A stretch of 62,311 bases of DNA, counting the filler, from Basidiobolus ranarum (Eukaryota): the NCBI GenBank assembly GCA_040143965.1. It is 6 parts of 6 records of this genome, joined end to end, with 100 filler letters (N's around TTAATTAATTAA, not from the genome) between each part and the next. Parts side by side here need not be neighbours in the genome. Positions count along the whole stretch, not along the records: positions 31,229 to 41,529 come from JASJQH010007596.1; positions 41,630 to 51,928 come from JASJQH010007597.1; 4 more parts are not named here. One strand, 5' to 3'. The notes beneath the pieces are model-generated. The model saw only the letters and a list, made by a program, of their open reading frames with translations. It did no database searches and was not told the origin of the DNA. A program made the position numbers and the translations under genes. Numbering within the stretch: the stretch's first letter is position 1; each line of letters starts with the position of its first letter. This document shows, one piece after another, positions 34,175 to 47,323 of this stretch.

Positions 34175-35033
34175 ATTGTAAAGGTTAGGAAGTGGGCGAA
34201 GACTTATTGAAATATGTGATTTATATCACCAGTGGAGTAAATCCATCTGTGGGTGTGGTAAACGGATTGAGTTAAATGAATCTCAATGAGATGAGGTCAT
34301 TCCATCCAAGATATATTTGGGTGGTGAATTTGGGTGGATGTGCATATTTGGGTCATCATATGATCTAGAAAGAGTCTAGTGTTCTTCATGCAAATTACAT
34401 AGGTTGTAGGTTAAATTCAAGATTGAACCATTCGAATGTACAACTGAGATTAGCCACCTTGTATAGGGTGATGGTCGGTTGGTTTAGAGTCAAGCTGGAT
34501 ATGAATCGGTAACCTGGTATCTACTAAATTAGTGTGATTTCTTGCCTAAGAAGGTTGATTCATATTACTTTCGAAGTTCGTCAACATTGCGTTCTTTTCT
34601 ATTAAAATACAATTTACTTGGACTCCTCATTTTTAGGACTTGAGCAATGTTGTTTGAGAAAGTGAAGGTAGTCAAGATCAAAAGTGCATAACAAAGAAAT
34701 ATAGGGGTTAAAAAATTCGGTTCGTATTGAAAAGTACAATGTTAAGTAGACAGTCGGAAAGGGAAGATAGGTCAAAGCAAAAGAAAAATCCTCAAGGAAT
34801 TGGCTTAGAGGATATTGTATAAAAATATGTTAAACTATGATTTGGTTACATCGAAACAAATGTTGTTTGTGTGTAACTTACGGTAAACCGAGAGAATGGT
34901 TCAATCAAAAAGGTAGAAGTAAACGCAACTAGATAGAGGCTGAATCGTAGATAAGGTCCGATGAGAATGTTATTTTATCCGACAGAAGATTGAAGTATTT
35001 TAAGATTTTTACGAGTGCTCTTGTTTACAATCT

Positions 35034-35566
35034 TCAGCTAGAAGGAGTTGGCGAGTCGTCAGCCCAAGATTTCTCAACTGTTTCTCGAACACGGCGAATA
35101 TATTCCTTACGGTTCTCTCGATAAAGTTGCGCAGCTTCGGCATTGGCCGGACTGTTGGGGTTTGGATCGTTAAATAGACTTTGAATAGACGTTAATATAG
35201 CAGAAACATCGTAGGTAGGGCTCCATCTGTTTTGAAGAATATCTAAGCACAATTCACCATTGGCATATACGTTGGGATGAAACATTTTGGAGATGAATTT
35301 AACAACAGGGGGTTTGTTTGGATAGCTTTCGTCAAACTGAAGGACAAGTTTAAAAGTACCATCTTCAAAGGGAGTGTCAGCTAAAAAAGAAACGGTAAGT
35401 ATATGACTACATAATATGGCAAGTAAATTTAAGTACTAGGGCCAAAAATAACTGCATTCCATATCATAATGTTATCGGAGCAAGGGGCACCAAACACACC
35501 ACCAGGGGGATCTTGTTGAAGGCGTTTGAAGTCCCTCATAAGACGACGACGAGATGGTGTAGACAT
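35034..35566 (-). CDS. RAD6: Ubiquitin-conjugating enzyme E2 Rad6/Ubc2, 2 exons (intron 35436-35381)
   Basis: [63 protein letters not shown]. Confidence 0.97.
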
Positions 35567-36651
35567 GACAGTGTACTTGAAGGCTGAAACGGTGAGCAAA
35601 GCTACTTTCACTAGAGCTAAAGAGAACAAGAGTGAAGCAACTAGTTGAAATGATCTATAATTTTAAAAAGGCAGAAATAGGGGTATTAACGAAATAAGAA
35701 GGGAGAAAACAAAAAGGTGTGATGTATGTGGATAACCTAAAATAAACTATCTGGATTCAGATATGGATGTTTTCCCTGTTGTAAAGATGAATAAACTATC
35801 GAAATTTGGATATGGAATGTTTTGCCATTTGTAGAAGACGAAACTTTGACTCATGATGTGACAGCAAGCTCATCTCAGTCATACGTCATATTTTGTTTGG
35901 CAGTAACCAACAAATCGATAAGAACTTAAGTGGGCAGTTCAAATATGTCTGCAAATAAGTGACGAAACCTAGATAATTGGAGTATACTTTACCTCAGCTA
36001 CAGATTTGATGTGATGCTAGTACCGATAATAGGACCCAAGCTGATCAAGCCTTAGGAACTTCTTCACGAGCTTGCGTTGACTGCTATTCCGAGTTATTTC
36101 GTCCGTCTTGGCAATGTGCGTATATAGCACGTGAGCCCTTGGCAACAATAGAGGATTCTCTAAGCTATCTGCTCGCAATCGTCAAAAATAATATAATGCA
36201 AGTATTGAGGAAGCTCGAGACATCCTATTTGATGCAGTGATGATGCTTTAGCGTCACTCATAAATCAAACCAAATCATCGGATAGATGCCCCTTAAATAA
36301 AATATGTTGTACATCATTCATTTGAAACTATATATATTCTGGCGGATGAAGGTGCTGTTCAATGTGCAGTTAATAGTGTAAACCACTGAGGTAAAATTCA
36401 CCAGTGCTTATATCATGCGGCTACCACAGTTGGCCAGCATAACGGTAGACATCTACAGAGGTTAGCGGTGCAGCAAATCAATATTAATAGAAATAAAATC
36501 AGTCATTTCTATTTCTTGGATGGTGTATTGGAATCCTTGGTTATTGCTTGTACTTGTAACAACTGAACAAAAAGTCCAAGTTTATTGATTTGCCAAGATT
36601 AATGGAGAAAACGATCAAGCAAGGGTAAGTATGATTCAATATTTTTGGTTA

Positions 36652-38695
36652 TTATTTGGATGGAGGAGGATAGGGTGCAGTAGCATTTTGAGGTGGGTAA
36701 GGAGAGTTGTTAGGAGGGGGATAGCTTGGTGAGCCACCAGAGTTTGGTGGGTATCCCGAAGGAGGATAGCCTGATTGATTTTGAGATGGATAGCCACTGC
36801 CAGGAGGATAACCTGTTCCAGTACGTGATGGGGGCTGAGCATTATTTGGTGGAGGATAAAGAGGGCTTTGAGATGAAGGGTATCCGCCTTGATTATTCTT
36901 AGGTGGATAACCAGAATTTAGCTGAGAAGGATATCCTGCGCCCTGGGGAGGGGGATATGCATTGGGTGGAGATGAAACTCGCATCGGTGGAGAGTGGATG
37001 GGAGAAGTAGTATTCAATGGAGGGTATACAGACCCTTGAGGAGGATATCCCGTCTGTGCGGGCTTTGGTGGATAGCCGGAGCCTCCCTGTGGAGGGTAAC
37101 CAGAGCCTCCTTGAGGTGGATACATCGAACCATGCTGTGGAGAGGATCCAGTTGGAGACGAGATACGGCCGGGTGTAGATTGTACTGGGGAAGTGGTTTT
37201 GGGTGGTGGATACATGCCAGTGGCAGGTGGGTAGCCTTGCTGAGGACCAGCACCAGGGCTAGAAAGAGGCAGATTATCAGGTGGGTATCCAGTCTGGGGT
37301 CTCTGAGGATATCCACTAGCTTGGGAGCCCTGAGATGGATATCCACCACTTGGCTTAGGAGGATAGGCACTAACTGGTGACGTAGGTGGATAACTGCCTG
37401 TTGGTGAAGTAGGTGGATAGTTGCCCGCAGGTGGATGACCTGAACCTTGGCTAGGAGGATAGCCCGAGCTTTGGTTAGGAGGATAGGCTGAGTTTTGGTT
37501 AGGAGGATAGGCTGAGTTTTGGTTAGGAGGATAGGCTGAGTTTTGGCTAGGAGGGTAGGCTGAGTTTTGACTAGGAGGGTAAGCTGAGTTTTGGCTGGGA
37601 GGATAGCCTGAATTTTGGTTAGGAGGATAACCAGTGTTAGGAGCGAAGTTATGCTGTGAATTGTAATTTTGGGCTCCTTGATTAAAGCCAGAGACACCAG
37701 TTGCTGAAGCATAGCCAGCAATAACCATATCTATTCCAAATTGTTGATATCTGACGCCGCTCAACTTTGACATAGGGCGATTCTATGATTCCGCATATGA
37801 AATAAAAATTACTTCCAAAATACTCATATTAAAGATTGATTTAAAATACCTACATCTCCATCTGCTACAGAAGACACCCCGGCACCACCAATATTTACGG
37901 GAGCGACGGTTATAATACAAAGGTCCACATAACCAGAAACTAAGAACTCTCGTATAATATTGGAACCGCCTTCAACCATAAGCTTGCGAATACCAAGTTC
38001 CTCAATTCTTCGAAGAACTTCAGGAATGGATAATTTATCACCTTGATTGGATACAACAAAAACTTGAACACCAGCAGCTTCAAGGGCCTATAGTTTAATC
38101 ATTAATACATTTTCAAGCAAATGAGGTAAATATAGTGAAGTACCTGGCGACGTTGAGGTGAATGATCAGGAGCACAGAAAACCCAAGGAAATTTCCCTCC
38201 ACCTTGAGAAGCACTTAATATCAAGTTCGACTTTAAAGGGAAACGAAGCTTGGAGTCAAGGATGATAGGTTGAGGTTGGACAGGTATTTCGTTAGGTTCT
38301 ACGATACGAGCTAGAAGTGGATGTTTTCAGATGAAAGGTGTATAGTAAAATGTTTGAATGTTAGGAATAAGTACCAGTCAAACGAGGGTCATCATTAAGT
38401 AATGTTCCAACTCCGATCAAAATACCATCATTTATTGTGCGTAGACTGTGTATAAAAGAGGATATATGTTTTAGTAAGTAAACAAGAGTCATCTATATAA
38501 AAAGATTATTTACCGATGGGTCACAGCCATTGACTCATTGCCACTCAAGGTAATCTGTTTACCGCCTGGACCAGCGATCTTGCTGTCTAAACTCTGCGCA
38601 TAGGTTAACGTGACATAAGGCTTCTTGTACGAATTCTCTTCAGAACGTTGGTAAATGGAGCTTAAGAAAGCTCTTGCCTCCTGAACACCAGACAT
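36652..38695 (-). CDS. RIB7: Rib7/RibD-C pyrimidine reductase (riboflavin biosynthesis) fused to a ~350-aa Tyr/Pro/Gly/Ser/Gln low-complexity tail; 5 exons, 594 aa
   Basis: Exons 38695-38514, 38445-38375, 38310-38144, 38087-37854, 37782-36652 (1785 nt, in frame). Motifs PYVTLTYAQSLDSKIA, HRLR..DGILIGVGTLLNDDPRLT, PQPIILDSKLR, LMVEGGSNII, VRYQQFGIDMVIAG, then repeats with no intervening stop. Confidence 0.9.
37438..37629 (-). repeat. Coding minisatellite: 8 x 24 bp encoding YPP(N/S)Q(N/S/G)S(A/G)
   Basis: Visible in DNA (GGAGGATAGGCTGAGTTTTGGTTA-like units on the plus strand) and protein. Confidence 0.95.
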
Positions 38696-39336
38696 ATTTC
38701 AAACTTTCTCGAGAGTTATGTCTAAAACAAGAGAAAAATGTGTAGAATAGCAAGCCTTTCGAATTTAATAGATGTTAGTTTAGCCCATGGGGTTCAAAAC
38801 ATTTACTACAATAAGCGCTCCTTCTCACCATCATCATCAGTAATTATGGTCATACGAAATGCCAATTAAGCCAATGAGCTTGCAAGATTTTAGTGAAAAA
38901 ATGGGGTCCATTTCATATCCATATTAAATATTGTCATTATTTACACTAAAATACCTGAATCTCCATCAGCCTCACGATACTTCAGCACAACACTTGAGCC
39001 AGACATTCTTCTAATGTTACTAAAGCAGTCTCAAAGTTCACGAATGTTGATGGTGCAACGTTGATGGGTTTACACCAGCATTTATAGGATTTTCGATCTA
39101 TTTTTTGACCAAAGTTTATGATATATAAGAGGGGGACAATTCACTTCACCATCAGGTTATATATAGAGCGTGCATTCGCCGCAGTTTATTGAGAAGAGAA
39201 GATCCGATTAACACAAAGCTATAGAAGAGTTGAGTATTTTGACTATTTAGCATGCATCGGTTTGAAATAAAATTTCCTTACAAAAATGCAAGATGCTACA
39301 TTGTAAGGTGAAAGATAGGGATTTGATTGAAGATGA

Positions 39337-41529
39337 TTACATGTCAAATCCATTGCTAAAAACAATCATAGCTCTAGCCAGGTTTCTAGAGAGAGCCAAT
39401 CTTACGATATCTAACTGGCGCTCTCTTTCATTTACAGTGATATCTTTTTCCGATGAGGTGGAGCTGGGCAAGAATTGCAGATAATAGTCTTTCTGGTGAG
39501 AGAGGGTAACTTCTTCAAGACATCTCATCAATTCGTAGGTATCGTCGACGTCGAATACAATTTCCTCTCCTTCGAGCAATGGGATCGCATCGACTAGCAA
39601 AACGGGCCAGAATTTTTTGGGCGCATACTCGCTTTCAAGCAGCTTCCGTAATAGTTTTCCAGCCTCCATGTACTTTCCAGCCTACACAATCAAACAAGAT
39701 CGGTCATCAATTGAGACTTACGGATATGAAGATTGGCCTGATGCATCCAATTAGATGTTTACCAACCTTGTAAAGTTCGTGGAAAGAACGATAATCAGCC
39801 AAAAACACCAAACGATCGCTGAACACCGCATCATACCCAATGCCGTCGATCAAGTCCATGCAAGACATATCCCCTAGAGAAGTGATATTAGACACTCAAC
39901 TTTTGAATGGCAACACAAGCTGACCGAAGATTACCATTTTTAAGGTACTCGTCAATAAGAATATCAGATATGGTGATAACCCGCTTAGGTTCACCAGCAT
40001 TGATATAATAAGCAATGGCTGCTGCATATTGACCTTGCTTTAACTTGCGACTGGCTAAAATCTAAATTGGGAATAGATGCTCAGTTCTCTGCGCAGATGG
40101 AATGTAGGAATAGGAGTCTTACTCTATTGATGGTGTTGAATACATGCTCAGAGCAATACTGAGCACAGAACTCCAATACTTTGCGTGCTTTCATCTCGTT
40201 TTCAATAGGAATATGCATGATATACTATATACACAATATGTATCCAGAAACGGTTAATATGTCTCTATAAAGCGATATTCGTACAACAGATTTACCTCCT
40301 CTATCGCTGATTTACCAATATTTGGACAAGCAGCCAGGTAATCTAGACCAACGTGCCACAAAGTACGATGTGGGATCAAAATTTCGGCGTAGCTAGCCAA
40401 GAAATACTCCCATACGTGGCTAACACTAAGGTTTGAATGGTATTTAGTTTAAACTTGAGAGGAATAAAGTAACAAAGGAGACATACTCAAAACGGAGATC
40501 ATTCAAATTTCCAGATTTGTAGAGAATGTCAGTCAAGTGAGCCACTAGCCACCAATCAATTCTACTGCATAATCTAATGGCTTTGCTCTTATCCTGTCGC
40601 ACCATAGCTAACAAGACACTATCTAAAATTTTGTCTTCGTCGACGGGATGACGGTCAACACAGGCTTCCACATAGTTTCTGGTAAATTGAGTAGTATAAG
40701 AGTGTGTGGTGATCGTAAATGATATTGCTCAACTTACTGTAGGCCTTCTGCCTCTACGGCAGTATATCAATAAAGCAACATAGCCCCTAAAGCGTCCTCC
40801 CATGATTCTGTAACATCCAGAATGGTCTCTTCATCACCAGACAAGATAGAGAATAATGTACAAAAGTTTACATTACGCTCATGCATAGCCAAGTGACTAA
40901 TAGAAAGAATGGTCGCTTTTTTAATCATCGATGTTGAAGTTGACGCAAAATTAATTATCAACAATGTTACCGGCATTCTTCTCTCCATATACGCCACTTC
41001 TTAGTAAATTCTCCATACGATCTATAACCTGAAGAACGAGGCATATTATCTAACAAATTCTGAGGTAAAATTGTTATTGTACTGTTGAAACAAAGTCTAT
41101 TACTATCAAAATCAACACTTACCATAGCAGAGTTGATCAACTCCTCACTTGAACCAGAAACTCTATCATTTAGCTGGTACTCCAAAAGTTTTCTGGCAGC
41201 TTGAACAAGTCCACGTACGACACACCTAAATTGAATTGAAGTTAGTAGTGTTTTAGTATCCGCTTTAAACTATATTAGTTTACTTGTTCAAATAGCTCCA
41301 GTATTGTGGATGTTGAGAGGGCTTCAATGCTTGTGCGATTTCCTCGCCTTCTTGTACCGAAGGGGCTATTAAACTAACATTAGTGACAGCAAAGAAAATG
41401 GCCCTCAAGGAGTTGGCATACCAGGGAAGTTGAAATTCAGCCACCGCATATAACTATCCATGATCGGGGCGTCGGGGATTATGGAAAGATAAAGAACCTC
41501 GCATCGATTGCAAATAGTGTAGATTCCTT
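39337..41529 (-). CDS. NUP85: Nucleoporin Nup85, multi-exon, 5'-truncated by the contig end
   Basis: HPQYWSYL..CVVRG; WEDALGAMLLY; DWWLVAHLTDIL; LWHVGLDYL; PKKFWPVLLVDAIPLLE..DTYELMRCLEEV..RLALSRNLARA. Confidence 0.88.
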
Positions 41530-41629
41530 NNNNNNNNNNNNNNNNNNNNNNNNNNNNNNNNNNNNNNNNNNNNTTAATTAATTAANNNNNNNNNNNNNNN
41601 NNNNNNNNNNNNNNNNNNNNNNNNNNNNN
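41530..41629. other. Artificial contig linker
   Basis: N44-TTAATTAATTAA-N44. Confidence 0.98.
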
Positions 41630-42065
41630 GTATACCCACTGTTACCTTTGAAGCACCTGTTGAATTGATGTCAGACAAAAGTTTACATTTGCCTATGCCA
41701 CCTGGAGTTGATATGTCTAAAGTTCCAATCTGGCACATAGGGCATAATGCAGATCCGTTGTATACAGGCTCGTGCACCGTAAGTCATCCAAGCGATTATG
41801 AACATGTGTGAGCGCTTATATTTACATCTCATCTTAGGGAATTACAAGTTCATGTTATTTTGGTGGCTATGCAATGGAAAGCAAGTGTCACACCGGGACA
41901 GCCTGCGTATATGATGTGATATCCAAATTTAAATGGAAACAGGACATAAGATCTCATCGTATTGAGACTGTTATTGAGAAAGTTTTAAAACCCTGGGATG
42001 ATGTCGCGAATTGTGAAGTAGAGAAGGATTGTGTAGATTGTGGTTTGTGGAGATACCGGGATTAG
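41630..42065 (+). CDS. ATG15: Autophagy lipase Atg15, 3' part only (intron 41779-41837)
   Basis: [70 protein letters not shown]. Confidence 0.9.
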
Positions 42066-44130
42066 GAATGTACAGCTTCCACTTTCTTTAGTATTTCGTG
42101 ACTCTATAGACATTACACACATTGAAGTGGCCACATATATCATACTGCTATGCATCCATACACCCTAAATACTCCTTGATGAAAATTCCTCATACGTGTT
42201 ACAAATTAAGCCAAGCCTCAAACCAATAATTCATTTACATTGTATATCAGTTCGTCTATAAGTATGACATGACTAGAGGGAAACACTCCATTCAATTTCA
42301 ATAAAGCCTGTTTTGTTAAGTATCGAAATGTGTGTGGTGAGTGGACTATATATCCTGATGATTTTGCCAGAAATGAGACACGTCCGCGACGTAATGTTTG
42401 CCGTATGAATTTGTACATCTACCCATTTACCTCATCAGATAGTTTGCAAATATCAATGACGAGTCAAACTGTTTAACTTTGGCTATAAAGTAACCATTCA
42501 CGATCAACTTGATGCATGCCATTTCGCATTAATTGGCTTACGAAGTAATGTATGGGTGTGAACGAGTCCCACTGAAACTACGAATCTAAACACTCGTTAA
42601 CCTGATGAATCCCAGATTTGGGCAAATCGACCCATATGTTTACTAATGATAACATCCGTGGTTGCTATGTGTACTAATTAGCCAACACTTGTTTATGCAG
42701 AGGGTGACTATCAGTTTAAGGCACTTCGATTAAGTGGTTGGAGAGGATTGTAACTGGTTTAGACAGCATACGACAAAGTGTCGAGGTTTTTGTCCATGAT
42801 TCGATTATCTGTATTGTAGAAAGTACCCAAGATACACTGTACTCGCCTTTCAAAAGGGAAGCCAGTGATGGTATTAGGAAGTGTTTGACCAGAGTACCAA
42901 TCGGGCCACCATATAAGACACCTTATTAGTCGCAATAGCCACCTATCATTTGAGGATTTTCATCGTGAATTGTTCGTCGGTATATTATATGTATTATGCG
43001 TGTTGGCAGTGTTCACTTGATGTTTCGGAAACCCTCGTACTCTCCAAATTCCCTTCTATCGCACAGCTCGGTGCTTGCATCTCTGGTTTTATGATTTCAT
43101 ATTTACCCAGCTGCTAGCTGGAGAACATTCTATCTGCACAAAAATGATGCTCACAATTCCCCTCCAGGCTCCTGGCTAATCAGAGCTACTCAATATAAAG
43201 ATTATGTAATGGCCAATGAATAAAAGATTGGATCTTGATGACTGGTTTAAATCGGTAGGAGGGTAACTTCTGTAATTTACAAGTGGAGCTACAATGTTCT
43301 CCTCGTAAAGAGAATACTCTGAACATCTAACACTCTTTGCCATGGTTAGATACGCGTGCAGTAGCTTGAGTTATCTCAATTTCACTTAGAGTTTTGCCAT
43401 GCTGGGTTTGCTCTCAGCATTATTACCGGATACGCCGATGGCGGAGAATGAACAGGATTGTTGAGAACCATGAGCTCAGCATATTGACTAGATGCATAAA
43501 TGACTCTACTTGGTTACTGACACTTGGTCGCCAAGTTTGCTCAAAGCCTGGTCTCACATGATAGATATCAATAAGGGTCAGTCAATCAGCCTAGACTGCT
43601 GATTGGTAGAAAATTACATAATCCGCACACTTATTACATCAAAGTGAAGCCTGAATAATTGAAGTTTCTAATGGATCTTCACGGAACCTGGATTCTATTG
43701 GAATTCAGAATCAAGCAGGTAAGAATATCAAGCAAAAGGTTGAGTACATAACCAAGCCCAATTGAAAGACTGGCATAAATTGATGGCCCTAACTCTTAAT
43801 CGTTTCATCGAATGTTGTAAACTGTTAAATACATGTAATGATCCCTTTCTGGGAAGTCACTGAATGATCCTAAGATTAGCAGTCCCCATTGCTCTCCAGG
43901 ATAAAATAATGGTGAACTCCAAATGCTATTGGATAGAACAGAGTCAGCCTGATACGACTAAGAGCAGCGGTGATTTCACCTATTGGGCTAAAACGAAAAA
44001 TACATATTTAAGGCTGGAGTGATGCTGGGAGAGTTGGTATAATTGCCATTAGCTCTTGGCTACGCTACATCATCACAACTTTTTCCTTAGGCGCTAGACT
44101 CTTGGAGTAGAAGATTTATATACACCGAAT

Positions 44131-44370
44131 ATGGAACATTATTACAACACTTGCTTGGAGGATTTTCCTCACCACAAGTTTATTACTGAGACTTTCCCAG
44201 AATGCCAAAGTTCCCCTCGACTCTTACACAAAGGAGATGTACCAATCTTTATTGTAGATGCCCAATTTCCTCCTGACAAGCCCAATTCATTTATTCCTCG
44301 TTCACGAAGGAATTCTCATAGATTGAGTATCAGCAAGCTGGAGCCAATCTCGGAGGACCCCAGAGAATGA
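44131..44370 (+). CDS. Small hypothetical protein, 79 aa
   Basis: AAT-ATG start, TATA-like TATTTAA at ~44005, ~2 kb ORF-free upstream region; motifs RRNS and LEPISE. Confidence 0.5.
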   Translation: MEHYYNTCLEDFPHHKFITETFPECQSSPRLLHKGDVPIFIVDAQFPPDKPNSFIPRSRRNSHRLSISKLEPISEDPRE

Positions 44371-46388
44371 CCCTTCGTATATATTGCCCTGAAAACTGGC
44401 TGACACGCAAACGAAATAATGGGCTCTCCCCCTTCACCATGTAAATAGACCTTCAAGTTGCGGTAGAGCTCACCTCATTCTACATACGGTAAATATGTAT
44501 ACTTATTATGGACTTGTAACAGATCAAACGCCTGGGATCCCCATGGAACCCTTTTAGTATATTTACCTATCATTATAACCATCCTGTTCATTGCTATGTA
44601 TAATTTATTGAGTATAATAGCTGATATTTCATCTTCCTTGCCCTGCTATCTCTCACAAAATAAATTGAATTCTAAACTCAACACAGCAATATGCCTGCTC
44701 TGATTGTCTCATGGTTGTGGCTTTTAACCAGTCAACCTCCCCTAAAAGCAATTATCAAGAAACTCCCAGACGGATCCATTGGCACAGCCCAAATGCTTGG
44801 CAACCTTTCGAAACTCCTGGTGAGTTTTTATTGTGTCCAATACAAGATATGTAAAAATGCTAAATTCGCTGATTATGGTTGACCCCCATTCCCTAATTAA
44901 ATGATAAGTTTCAAAGGAACTTTTCATAAAAAATCGGTATCATTATGACTAAGGAATGGTCACACAACTTGGATTACGAGATAGCTGGGCCCATTCATAT
45001 TCTGTTTAGTAATACAAACAGTAGAAACAGAGTTACAGTGATTGACTATCTTGGCATTTTTCCAACAGTTGGATTAGTAAGATTGTGGCGAATGTTAAAT
45101 TTATTACAATATATTACTCTGATGCAAAATCGTGAAAGCAGAGGTCTTAGCCACTTGAACCTGGAAGAATATGTACATATGATTCAATATGTGATATAAA
45201 TATTACCTTCGATGCGAACCTTACAACACTCCAAAACTACGGCGTACAGTTTATGGTGATATGAAGTTAAGCCTGTGTCACAGATACCTTCGTTAGAAAC
45301 GATTCTTGGAGATAAACTTCAAGTAGAGTCATAGTATAATCCAATATGGAGGATTTCACATTTAGAACGAATAAATTCTTAATTGTGTACAAATAGACCG
45401 TTGGAATAGAATTTTCCAAGCAAAAGTAAGGCTTGTGCCAGCCAGTTTACTAGAGAGTTTCATTTCTTATTGGACTAAATACTTTCGAAATTCCATTTTG
45501 GATCACGTGGTAATGAAAGATAAACGGGACGTATGATACGGACTCGGGTCTAGATAGGTATCCTTCATGAAAGATTACTATATACAACTTGATATCTACT
45601 GTTGAAAAGCACCCTAATAGTAAACGATCGCGCAAGAAAAGTAGCATATTATAGAGTTTTGTGCTGCTTTTATGATAGTAGCTTGGGGATTAGACCTTTC
45701 CTCGTGATGGATGTCGAATTATCGTGCTTAATTGTGTAATCCTAGTTTCAATAGCTTTGTTACATCTTTTACAGTTCGATCTGGCTCGGTACGATAGTAC
45801 AGCCCCATAGATTGTTGTACGCAACAGTGCCCATTGAATCCATCACTCCATACACGCGTAGCTGACTGAATTCCTATTTGTGAGAGAGGATTCAAGAAAA
45901 CAAAACAAGGTATACATGAACTCCCGATTATACTCGGATATCAGAATCTGATTTCATGAGAAGGGTTCATATGCCACAAGATGGTCAATGATAGTAATAT
46001 CGAGTGGTTGCCACTCTAAGTTTATTTTAGTGGTTGTACAACCATTTCACATTGCCTTAAGCAAACTAAGCCCGACCGCATGGTCAGTTTATCGAGTAGA
46101 AAACTTTCGGGTGAGATATGAATTATTTACCTAATTGAAACATATATTCGCGATGCGTCTCGGCTTCTCCTTTCTGTTCTTAGCATAATAATGTCGGAAA
46201 TATCCTACTAATACCCATCATTTTCTTGTAGAACACTGATTTCTACAAGTGAGGATGATGCGACTGGATAGCAATATATAAAGGTTGGAAGCGGCAATTT
46301 GGTAGACTTGGCCATTCCCAAATAATTTAGAATCCTTTGTTTATATCCCCTTGTTACTTTGTACATAAAAGCAGCTAATCAAACCATA

Positions 46389-47323
46389 ATGCATCCCATT
46401 AAATCCATCTACCCTTCTTACTGGAGGGAATCCGACAACTCAAGCTTCTCTACGCCAACAAATAAGAGCAAGGCTCGTACTGCTGATACTCTTGGTCCCG
46501 ATGCCATACTCCGTCCTAATAACGAGAGGTACTTACACTTCAGATAAACCACACCCATACCTAGATTTGACTAATAATATACTAAACTATTTCTTGTGAA
46601 GTTGGGGAGCTTCGCAGGAGAAGCGTCGCCTACGTAATACCAAATATAGAGTAGCATTTCTACAGAAAAAAATATTTAAACGTACGAAATTTTCAACGGA
46701 ATACCTAAAATCCCGAACTTACAGAATACCGTCAAAAGCGAGTAAACGTCGCTATAGTGGATACTCGCCTTTCCCTGGAAAACTTCATACCCGTTCTGGT
46801 TCAAATTTAAGATATCAAATTGGGTCAATAACCACCAAAAGTAGGTGCATTCGATTGAATCCAAGTTTGACCTTTGTGCTGACAAACACTACATGTTTCT
46901 CTAGGATCTCAAACATCTCCAGAACAGCCAACACATAATTTACATAGATCTTTAAATATGGACCGTTCTAAACTTGATCAATTACCTAATGCTGAACCCA
47001 CCTCTAATGTGGCTTTAGCCGATAACCTTATGTTTATAAAAGTTAAGCCAGTTGAAATTTGTCGAGTATCATTACTTTCTCGTATGATACAAACTCGCCA
47101 AAGATCATCTTTAGAGAGAAATGCAGAACGCCGTCGTTTACTAAAGGCCATGCGTCGCCATTCAGTTGATATCTCGGGAATTAGTTCGGAAATTTCTGGT
47201 CTTCCAGTAAACACCTATTTTAGACAGAGTTCTAAGATTAACAAAGCTTTTACGTACATAGGAGTAAACACTTCAAATCTCCGACAGGAAACATATTACG
47301 AATCCAGCATCAATGTTTGGTAG
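46389..47323 (+). CDS. Highly basic hypothetical protein, 3 exons (46389-46528, 46602-46840, 46905-47323), 265 aa
   Basis: Splicing at GTACTT..AAG and GTAGGT..TAG gives 798 nt in frame with no stop; TATATAAA at ~46275; K/R-rich with KRRYS and RRHS. Confidence 0.7.

Noticed and set aside
36994-37721. Overlapping 235-aa and 128-aa ORFs in the Rib7 tail
   Set aside because: Alternative-frame and antisense shadows of a repetitive coding region
42560-42630. TPP-riboswitch resemblance (CTGAAA..ACTCGTTAACCTGAT)
   Set aside because: Lacks CTGAGA and the 3' GCG..AGG half; not in an intron or UTR of a thiamine gene
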